NCBI GenBank assembly: GCA_963847735.1
Contig: CAWKAV010000022.1
Coordinates: 242,988-306,987, forward strand
Direction: 5' to 3'
Source of the DNA: an uncultured delta proteobacterium
GTDB lineage: Bacteria > Desulfobacterota > Desulfuromonadia > Desulfuromonadales > BM103
DNA length: 64,000 nt
Below the pieces are notes generated by a model. That model had not been told where the DNA came from, searched no databases, and saw only the letters and a program-made list of their open reading frames with translations. Each line of letters opens with the position of its first letter. Positions within the stretch are counted from its first letter, which is position 1. This document shows positions 56,945 to 64,000 of the stretch, piece after piece. A program made the position numbers and the translations under genes.

Positions 56945-58141
56945 ATGACCGTCTCCATCAAGGTTCGCAATGCCATTGAACGCTCTTCCTGGATCCGTCG
57001 CATGTTTGAGGAAGGTGCTACCCTGATTGCCGAATACGGCGCAGACAACATTTTCGATTTCACTCTCGGCAATCCGTCGGTAGAGCCGCCGGCAGCTTTT
57101 CATCGTGAATTACGCCGCATCGTCGAGAACCCGGACATCGGCATGCACCGCTACATGAACAATGCTGGATACGAGGAAACCCGTGCCGCTGTTGCCAGGC
57201 GCCTTGCGGAAGACTCCGGAGCTCCGGTTACTTCAAAACATATCATCATGACCTGCGGTGCCGGTGGTGCTCTCAACGTTGCCTTGAAAACGATTCTCAA
57301 CCCTGGCGAGGAAGTGATTATTCTAAATCCATTTTTTGTCGAATATAAATTTTACGTCGACAACCATGGCGGCGTGACAACAGAAGTCTGGACAGATCCG
57401 GAGACTTTCCAGCCGGACATCGCCGCCATAGAGGCTGCAATCACCAACAATACCCGTGCCATCATCATCAATTCGCCCAACAACCCGACCGGCGCGGTCT
57501 ACGGTTCAGAAACTCTTGAGGCTTTAGGTCAAATGCTGGAACGCAAACAGGCCGAGCTTGGCAGAAGCCTCTACGTGATTTCCGACGAGCCTTACGCGCG
57601 CCTGGCCTTTGACGGCAACAGCGTGCCACCGGTCTTCAAGTACATCCGCAACACCATCCTGGTCACTTCGCATTCCAAGGATCTGGCCCTGCCGGGAGAG
57701 CGTATCGGGTTCCTGGCCGCCAACCCTGCCATGGACGAGTGTGCCACTTTTATCGAGGGGGCGGTCTTCTGCAACCGCGTGCTGGGTTTCGTCAATGCCC
57801 CGGCCCTGATGCAGCGTCTGGTAGCAGTCCTGCAGCAGGAGAGCGTCAATATTGACGAGTACCAGGCGAAACGCGACCTGCTTTACAATCACCTGGTCAA
57901 AATAGGCTTTGAAGTGGTCAAGCCGGGCGGAGGCTTTTATCTTTTCCCCAGGTCGCCGCTTGCCGACGACGTTGAATTCGTCCGACAGGCCCAGCAGCAC
58001 AAGATCCTGCTGGTTCCAGGCTCCGGGTTCGGCGCCCCTGGCTATTTCCGCATCGCCTATTGTGTCGACATGGGCATCATTGAGCGCAGCCTGCCCGCAT
58101 GGGAGAAGCTGGCTACAGAGCTGAGTCTTTCAGGTAGCTGA
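56945..58141 (+). CDS. class I/II PLP-dependent aminotransferase (aspartate/aromatic type)
   Basis: ..FDFTLGNPS.., ..INSPNNPTGAVY.., ..SHSKDLALPGERIGF.. (PLP lysine context). Confidence 0.85.
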   Translation: MTVSIKVRNAIERSSWIRRMFEEGATLIAEYGADNIFDFTLGNPSVEPPAAFHRELRRIVENPDIGMHRYMNNAGYEETRAAVARRLAEDSGAPVTSKHIIMTCGAGGALNVALKTILNPGEEVIILNPFFVEYKFYVDNHGGVTTEVWTDPETFQPDIAAIEAAITNNTRAIIINSPNNPTGAVYGSETLEALGQMLERKQAELGRSLYVISDEPYARLAFDGNSVPPVFKYIRNTILVTSHSKDLALPGERIGFLAANPAMDECATFIEGAVFCNRVLGFVNAPALMQRLVAVLQQESVNIDEYQAKRDLLYNHLVKIGFEVVKPGGGFYLFPRSPLADDVEFVRQAQQHKILLVPGSGFGAPGYFRIAYCVDMGIIERSLPAWEKLATELSLSGS

Positions 58142-58308
58142 AGATAGATTTTGCATTGTTTCAGCGCATGACAAGACAATACAAAACTCAAATTGAGAAT
58201 TGATTTCATGGAGAACCATCAGGCGGGATTAATTCTTTACATTTAATATATTTTAATCTAGACTGTCAAATCAAGTATCCAGCATTTTCTCGTTAAGGAA
58301 AGGAAACT

Positions 58309-58644
58309 ATGTTCGAGGCATTAAGAGGGATGGCCTGCTTTGTAACCGTGTCGGTAAGTCTGCTTTATGGGACCAGAATTGCCTGGGTCTGTGGTAAAAA
58401 GTGCAATTTCAAAGAGAACCCTGAGGATAAAAAGCAAAACTTGTCTCAAAGCCTCCCGGCTGCGACACTTGTCTATTTTTTCGGTTTTCTGATAGTTTTC
58501 AATCTTTTCATAAGTAGTCTATTAGCGATAGTCGTATGTGCACTCACGAGCGCCATACTTCTTTCCGGCATGGTTGTCTCAATGTCGATGCCTGAGTTGA
58601 AACGTAGACCGATCGCCAAACAGCAAAGGAAAAACATATCGTGA
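58309..58644 (+). CDS. hypothetical small membrane protein
   Basis: 111-aa ORF with three hydrophobic segments in an AT-richer region. GGAAAGGAAAC precedes the ATG. No recognisable family. Confidence 0.35.
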   Translation: MFEALRGMACFVTVSVSLLYGTRIAWVCGKKCNFKENPEDKKQNLSQSLPAATLVYFFGFLIVFNLFISSLLAIVVCALTSAILLSGMVVSMSMPELKRRPIAKQQRKNIS

Positions 58645-58685
58645 CTCGTGAAACATGCCCCGAGTATGCGCAGAAAGTCCGCACA

Positions 58686-61025
58686 TTACTGCTTCGGAAG
58701 GCATCGCTTAATTTCACCAAGCAGATCATTGACCGTCATCGGTTTTGACAGGTAACCATCAAATTCCTTGTTCATCAGATTGACACGATCACTCTTCATC
58801 GCATGTGCTGTCAGAGCGATAATCGGTACTTTGGTGTCTCTGCCCCTTTCCATCTCGCGAATCTTCATGGCAGCCTCGATTCCATCCATGACCGGCATCT
58901 GCACGTCCATCAGGACGATGTCGTAATTGGTCTGCCTCCACTTTTCCAGACATATGGCCCCGTTTTCGGCAACATCCACCGAATGACCATACTTCTCCAA
59001 CATCTGGGTAAACAATAACCGGTTGGTTTCATTGTCTTCTACCAACAGGACGTGAAGTGGCCCACCAAGCCATAAAAGTGGCTGGTCAACGTGCTGCGAA
59101 ATACAGGATGGTGACGAAGCATTATTCACGACAAAGGGGACACGGACATGAAACGTGCTTCCGGCATCCAACTGGCTGTCCACCCAGATCTCGCCCCCCA
59201 TGAGTGATGCCAGCTGAGCACAAATAGCCAATCCGAGACCGGTTCCACCGTATTGTCGTGTACTTGAGGAATCCACCTGGCTAAACGGAATGAAAATATT
59301 GGTGAGGTGCTCCGGACCAATGCCAATTCCGGTATCGATGACATCAATCCTGAGTAAAACCGCAGAACTGTGTTGTTCTTCGACGGCAACGGCAATGGTG
59401 ATTTCCCCTCTTTCTGTGAACTTGATGGCATTGCCCACAAGATTGAGCAGAATTTGCTTCACTCGTATTGGGTCCCCCGTCAGATTATCCGGAACGGCGT
59501 CAGGTATGTCCACCCCAATCTCAAGTCCCTTGGACTGCGCAACGAGCGCCTGAGTTACGAGCACTTCATCGACAATTTCCCGTAAGTGTAACTCCTTGGA
59601 CCTGAGTTTAAACTTGCCTGTTTCGATCCTGGACAAGTCAAGGATATCGTTGATCAGTAACAGCAGATTCTCTGAAGAAGAAGAAATATTTCCAAGATAC
59701 CTGTGTTGCTCTTCAGAAAGTCCTGTGTCCGCAAGCAATTCGGCAAAACCGACAATAGCGGTAAGCGGCGTACGGATCTCATGGCTCATGTTGGCAAGGA
59801 ACTGGCTTTTGGCCTGGTTGGCCTGTTCTGCTAAGTACTTGGCCTCGATCAGTGCTGCTTCGGTTCTCTTACGTTCATTAATGTCACGAATAATGGCCCA
59901 CATGAGCTCAGGCTTTCCTGAAGAATCGCGGATCAGGACGGTGCGCAATTCAATAGGTATAAGCGTGCCGTCCTTGTGACGGTATTCTTTTTCGTAAACA
60001 TCCGAAAACCCACGGGGGAGAACCTGCTCGGCGACAATCCGTTTTTCAAAGTCATGCCACTTCTCGGGGGTCAGATCGACGTAGGTCTTACTGCGAAGTT
60101 CCTCTTCCGGATAGCCGAGAAGTTCCAGATAAGAGGAGTTGAAATCGAGGAGACGTCCGTCCATGTCTACACTGACAAACGCATCCCGCATACTTTCATG
60201 CAGTGTGCGGAGATTGGATGACGACTCGCGCAGCATTTCCTCTGCCCGTTTGCGATCGGTTATGTCACGAAAAAACCCCACAAACTGTCCACCGTCAGCA
60301 GCCCGGTACTGGACGCAGGCTTCAACGTCAAAAATGACTCCATCCTTGCGGCGGTGCCGGGATTCGAAACGGTCTTGCCCCTGAACCATGATCTTCTGAA
60401 TATGTGCCGCCACGACCTCGGCATTTTCGTTCATCTCCAGATCCGTGACATGCATGGTCAGGAGTTCCTGTTCGCTGTAGCCACTCATCCGGCAATAGGC
60501 CGCGTTGACCTCCAGCAAGTGTCCCTGTATATCCACCAGCCAGTGGCCGTCCATGGCCGTATGAAGCAGGTCACGGTATCGCTCTTCGCGTTTGCGCAGC
60601 GCCAGTTTTGTTTCCTGAAGAGCCGTAATGTCGCTGCCAATAGTCAGAATCTCCTGGACCTTTCCCTGATCATCGAGAATCGGCTTATTCGTCCAGACGA
60701 CCCAGACGGTCTTGCCATCTTTCCTGATATTTTCGTTAGGAACAGACTCGAATTCCTGCGGGTTGTTCAAAATGTCCTTGACGAGAGCTTCAAGGTCTCT
60801 TCCGGTGCTCTTCTCGACGTTCGGCACGATGGTCATTACGTTCTGACCAAGTAATTCGCCAGAAGAATACCCAAAGAAACGGAGTCCGAAATCATTAATG
60901 TATCGGATGACCCCATCAGTACCGCATCGGATAATAATGTTGTTAGAGCTTAAAAGCAGGTCGAGGTAATGGTTCGGGTTGGACGTCAAGACTGCCCCTT
61001 TTTCATTTTCACTCACATCAGCCAT
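58686..61025 (-). CDS. hybrid sensor histidine kinase (multiple PAS - HisKA - HATPase_c - receiver)
   Basis: Several PAS repeats, H-box SHEIRTPL, N/G boxes ..LLNLVGNAIKFT..DTGIGI..GGTGLGLAI.., receiver ..DIVLMDVQMPVMDG... Start set at the ATG at 61025. Confidence 0.9.
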   Translation of the reverse strand: MADVSENEKGAVLTSNPNHYLDLLLSSNNIIIRCGTDGVIRYINDFGLRFFGYSSGELLGQNVMTIVPNVEKSTGRDLEALVKDILNNPQEFESVPNENIRKDGKTVWVVWTNKPILDDQGKVQEILTIGSDITALQETKLALRKREERYRDLLHTAMDGHWLVDIQGHLLEVNAAYCRMSGYSEQELLTMHVTDLEMNENAEVVAAHIQKIMVQGQDRFESRHRRKDGVIFDVEACVQYRAADGGQFVGFFRDITDRKRAEEMLRESSSNLRTLHESMRDAFVSVDMDGRLLDFNSSYLELLGYPEEELRSKTYVDLTPEKWHDFEKRIVAEQVLPRGFSDVYEKEYRHKDGTLIPIELRTVLIRDSSGKPELMWAIIRDINERKRTEAALIEAKYLAEQANQAKSQFLANMSHEIRTPLTAIVGFAELLADTGLSEEQHRYLGNISSSSENLLLLINDILDLSRIETGKFKLRSKELHLREIVDEVLVTQALVAQSKGLEIGVDIPDAVPDNLTGDPIRVKQILLNLVGNAIKFTERGEITIAVAVEEQHSSAVLLRIDVIDTGIGIGPEHLTNIFIPFSQVDSSSTRQYGGTGLGLAICAQLASLMGGEIWVDSQLDAGSTFHVRVPFVVNNASSPSCISQHVDQPLLWLGGPLHVLLVEDNETNRLLFTQMLEKYGHSVDVAENGAICLEKWRQTNYDIVLMDVQMPVMDGIEAAMKIREMERGRDTKVPIIALTAHAMKSDRVNLMNKEFDGYLSKPMTVNDLLGEIKRCLPKQ

Positions 61026-61045
61026 CCTCTTCTCCAGCAAGTTGA

Positions 61046-61828
61046 TTAATTTTCGCGCAGACTCTGATAGGGCGTGAAATATCCTCTGTAACCGAGCTTT
61101 AGAATCAGGAAGGTCGTCAACGCAACACTGCCGGTAATCACACACATGATAGCAATCTGATATTTAACCGCGATCAGGGGCGCTGTCCCGGATAAAATCT
61201 GTCCGGTCATCATACCCGGCAGGAAAACCAGCCCCATAGCGGCCATAGCATTCACGGAAGGGATCAAAGCCGCCCTGAAAGCACTGCTCACAGCTGGTTC
61301 TGCAGCCAGTTCGACGCTACTTCCGAGGCAGAGCGCCGTTTCAATTTCTTCCCGTCGCTCACGAAACTCTGAGTCCAGGCGCTCTACAGCCAGGCTCGCC
61401 CCGGTCATGGAATTGCCGATAACCATACCGGCAAGGGGGATCAGGTAGCGCGGATCGTACCAGGGCTCCAGACCAATCACCAGGGTGCAGAAAAAAAAGG
61501 TCATGCCACCACAACCAAACAGGACTGCTGTGCCGACCACACGGTAGAAGTGCGGCATTTTCTCCTGAACCCTGGCGCCGATGGTTTGTACCGCGAAGCC
61601 GACCATGACGACCAGGATCAATAAAACCGGCAAGGCGGTTTCCAGCGCAAAGACCAGATGCAGCACATAACCTGCGACCAGTAACTGGACAAACATGCGT
61701 AAGCCTGCCCAGAAAAGATCTTTGTTCTGGCGGGCCTTGAGCAGATGAGCCAATCCAATGCTCATCAGCAACAGGCTGTAAACCGTGACCAGATCCCATA
61801 AACTGAGGTCGATAATCGTCGTGTTCAT
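61046..61828 (-). CDS. fetB: FetB/YbbM-family (UPF0014) ABC permease
   Basis: ..VQLLVAGYVL.., ..IPLAGMVIGNSM.., ..AALIPSVNAMAAMGLVFLPGMMTGQIL.. are collinear with E. coli FetB as I recall it. Confidence 0.75.
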   Translation of the reverse strand: MNTTIIDLSLWDLVTVYSLLLMSIGLAHLLKARQNKDLFWAGLRMFVQLLVAGYVLHLVFALETALPVLLILVVMVGFAVQTIGARVQEKMPHFYRVVGTAVLFGCGGMTFFFCTLVIGLEPWYDPRYLIPLAGMVIGNSMTGASLAVERLDSEFRERREEIETALCLGSSVELAAEPAVSSAFRAALIPSVNAMAAMGLVFLPGMMTGQILSGTAPLIAVKYQIAIMCVITGSVALTTFLILKLGYRGYFTPYQSLREN

Positions 61829-62601
61829 GCTGTTGCTTCCTGATTTTTTACCGGTTCGGAGGAAATGAACAGGCGGGCTGAATCGGTTGTCGGATGATGC
61901 AGCACCCGGGCAGTGGCGCCCTCTTCAACAATGCAGCCATCCAGCAGCAGCGCAACGCGGTCGGCACAGCGTTCCGTCAGACGCAGATCGTGAGTGACAA
62001 AGATAATCGCCAGTCCTTTCTGCCTGGCAAGTTGGCGAAAGGTTTGTGCCATCAGGTCGGCAGTCGGGCGGTCCAGTGCACTGGTCGGTTCATCAAGCAA
62101 TAGCGCCTGACAGGGCCCGACCATGGCTCGCGCCAGGCAGATTCTCTGCTGTTGCCCTATCGAAAGTTTACGGGCGTCGCGATCGAACCAGGCCTGGTTG
62201 ACCTGGCATAACTCAAGCAGCTCTTGAAGGGCGGGATCATTCAAATCAGGGGTATTAACTCGGCGCAGTCTGGCCGGGGCCTGCAAATTGTCCCGGACAG
62301 TGCCGGAGAAGAGGAAGGGCTTCTGCGCAACCAGGGGAATCTGTGCGCGCAACGTCGGAGGGTCCATGTCCTGGATATTTTTCCCGGTAAACAGGATTTC
62401 TCCACTGTCTGGTTCCAGCAAACGATTAAAGAGCCGAAGCAACGTGCTTTTGCCGCCCCCGGATGGCCCGACAACGGCGAGAACTTCACCGGCATCAACC
62501 TCCAGAGTTGTTGGCTGCAGAACTCGCTGCAACCGCCCCGCCTCTCCCGGGCGGCTGACAGTGACCTTTAGCGCCTGCAGCAGCGGGACAGCACCGCTCA
62601 T
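61825..62601 (-). CDS. fetA: FetA/YbbL-like ABC ATP-binding protein
   Basis: Walker A GPSGGGKST, signature LSIGQQQRICLARA, Walker B LLLDEPTSALD. Overlaps the fetB start. Confidence 0.75.
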   Translation of the reverse strand: MSGAVPLLQALKVTVSRPGEAGRLQRVLQPTTLEVDAGEVLAVVGPSGGGKSTLLRLFNRLLEPDSGEILFTGKNIQDMDPPTLRAQIPLVAQKPFLFSGTVRDNLQAPARLRRVNTPDLNDPALQELLELCQVNQAWFDRDARKLSIGQQQRICLARAMVGPCQALLLDEPTSALDRPTADLMAQTFRQLARQKGLAIIFVTHDLRLTERCADRVALLLDGCIVEEGATARVLHHPTTDSARLFISSEPVKNQEATA

Positions 62602-63314
62602 GAACCATCACCCCCGGCATTCAGGAGGCGCAGCACCTCTTTCATGTCCTGCCAGACATCCCGCTTCCCCTCAGGGTTGCGCAAAAGATATGCAGGGTGG
62701 TAGGTCGGCATCAAGGGAATGCCCTGATAACGCTGCCATTCGCCTCGCAACTGGCTGATCGGCGTCCTGGTTTTCAGCAGGCTGTGCACTGCGAAACGGC
62801 CCAGGCCAACAATCACCTGTGGCCGAATTGCCGCGATCTGACGAACCAGGAACGCCTCGCAGGTCGCAACCTCTTCCGGCAACGGATCACGATTGTCGGG
62901 CGGTCGACACTTCAGGACGTTACAGATATAGATGTCCTCACGCTGCATTCCCATTGCCTGAAGAATTCGATCAAGCAGGCGACCGGCCTCTCCGACAAAA
63001 GGTTCTCCCTTGAGGTCCTCCTCACGACCGGGAGCCTCACCGACCAGAACCAGTCGCGCATTCGGGTTACCGACTCCATAAACCTGCCTGGTGCGAAACG
63101 CCGCGAGGCCACAGCGCTGGCAATCCCCCAAATCTGTTCGTATGCCATCAAGAGTTTCCTCAAGAGCGGCAATCGTCTCAAAGCCCTTCTGTACCTGATT
63201 AACAACAGGCGAAACTGTCAGCTGGCTCTCGATGCCGAGATCAGACAGATATTCGAACTGACTTCGTGCCGCTGCCAGGGTATGGCGTATTTCATTTATA
63301 AGTTGTTCGGTCAT
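62598..63314 (-). CDS. uracil-DNA glycosylase, family 4
   Basis: ..LVLVGEAPGREEDLKGEPFVGEAGRLLDRIL.. and ..HPAYLLRNP... Confidence 0.9.
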   Translation of the reverse strand: MTEQLINEIRHTLAAARSQFEYLSDLGIESQLTVSPVVNQVQKGFETIAALEETLDGIRTDLGDCQRCGLAAFRTRQVYGVGNPNARLVLVGEAPGREEDLKGEPFVGEAGRLLDRILQAMGMQREDIYICNVLKCRPPDNRDPLPEEVATCEAFLVRQIAAIRPQVIVGLGRFAVHSLLKTRTPISQLRGEWQRYQGIPLMPTYHPAYLLRNPEGKRDVWQDMKEVLRLLNAGGDGS

Positions 63315-63374
63315 ATTTGACTGACAAATCCCTGTAAGAGTGTATTATCCAGGAAAGGACGGTACAATTATCGA

Positions 63375-64000
63375 ATGAAATTCCTGATCTCTGTCACCTT
63401 GACGTGTGTCCTGATTGTCCTGCTCTTCCCCACAAATGCCTTGGCCTGGGGGATCGGCGTTCACTTGCAGACCGGAGCCTTGATTCTCGACAATCTGAGT
63501 CTGCTGCCTGGCCCTTTGCAGGCCCTGTTATCGTTGCATCCGAACGACTACCTTTATGGCTGCATCAGTGCCGATATCACTCTTGGCAAAAAATATACTC
63601 ACTATTTGAAACACTGCCACTCCTGGGGCATTGGCCACCAGATCCTTGAGCAGGCCAGAACCGAGAGCCAGCAGGCTTGCGCCTACGGCTATCTCAGCCA
63701 CCTGGCCGCCGACACTGTGGCCCATTCCTACTTTGTTCCTTTCAAACTTATGCGCACCTACAACACGATGCTCCTTAAACATGCTTATTGGGAAATGCGT
63801 TTCGAGGCCCATGTATCACCGGAAATCTGGCCGCTGGCACGTTCAATAGGTCGCAAAAACTTCCCGGAGAATGACAAGCTCCTGCGCAGCGTCCTCGCCG
63901 ACACGATCTTCTCTTTCGGTACCAATAAAAGACTTTTTAACTCACTCCTCCTGCTGAACCGGTTACAGCAATATCAGAAGGTTTTACGCTCTCTGGCCAA
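63375..64000 (+). CDS. zinc-dependent phospholipase C-like family protein; 3' end runs off the window
   Basis: Own translation from the ATG at 63375: MKFLISVTLTCVLIVLLFPTNALAWGIGVHLQTG..YGCISADI..HSWG..GYLSHLAADTVAHSYF... Signal peptide followed by a W-G-x-x-x-H start and His-rich motifs. The frame stays open to base 64000. Confidence 0.6.
   Translation, partial: MKFLISVTLTCVLIVLLFPTNALAWGIGVHLQTGALILDNLSLLPGPLQALLSLHPNDYLYGCISADITLGKKYTHYLKHCHSWGIGHQILEQARTESQQACAYGYLSHLAADTVAHSYFVPFKLMRTYNTMLLKHAYWEMRFEAHVSPEIWPLARSIGRKNFPENDKLLRSVLADTIFSFGTNKRLFNSLLLLNRLQQYQKVLRSLA

Noticed and set aside
1-64000. Genomic island, prophage or mobile element signatures, CRISPR arrays, tRNA/rRNA genes.
   Set aside because: No integrase, transposase, recombinase, phage structural gene, direct-repeat borders, repeat-spacer array or cloverleaf-like sequence was seen. 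The only compositionally odd stretches are short intergenic or orphan-gene regions (6.6-7.6 kb, 58.1-58.7 kb).

Overview
GC-rich chromosomal segment. Its gene content and order look like an anaerobic deltaproteobacterium of the Desulfuromonas/Geobacter type; this is inferred only from protein similarity judged by eye. About 60 genes, mostly on the minus strand. I saw no transposase, integrase, CRISPR array, tRNA or rRNA. Block 1 (1-19.4 kb) has a sigma54-promoted short-chain acyl-CoA beta-oxidation operon: crotonase, 3-hydroxybutyryl-CoA dehydrogenase, thiolase, EtfAB and a membrane EtfAB:quinone FeS oxidoreductase. It also has a second sigma54-promoted LIV-type ABC uptake operon with an embedded acyl-CoA ligase, followed by a PaaK-like ligase and a family III CoA-transferase. 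A sigma54 enhancer-binding protein lies next door. Block 2 (19.6-31.4 kb) has an orphan NDT/TIR-like protein, an acyl-CoA synthetase, and an IclR-headed operon. That operon encodes an acyl-CoA dehydrogenase plus a Na+-pump decarboxylase set (delta, beta, small biotin carrier, GcdA-type carboxyltransferase), an additional OadA/5S-type carboxyltransferase with two fused biotinyl domains, a methyltransferase and a CMD-family protein. Block 3 (31.6-64 kb) has an incomplete Opp/Dpp-type module behind TPR and LolB-like lipoproteins. It also has a translationally coupled operon encoding an APH/P-loop kinase-like protein, a tiny membrane protein and a solute-symporter-GAF-PP2C fusion, followed by STAS and RsbW-like partner-switching proteins with no sigma factor. 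The rest is AOR plus an aldolase-like gene, HAD, lgt, rluD-like, a well-supported 6S RNA, the conserved pheA-tyrA-aroA-cmk-ispH-rpsA-sppA-ihfB string, an aminotransferase, a hybrid PAS histidine kinase, fetAB-like genes, a family-4 UDG and a partial phospholipase-C-like gene. The most striking sequence-level anomaly is at least 10 frameshifts, each explicable by a single extra base (+1). All fall in the catabolic/transport genes of blocks 1 and 2. No comparable disruption is visible in the roughly 40 kb of housekeeping genes.
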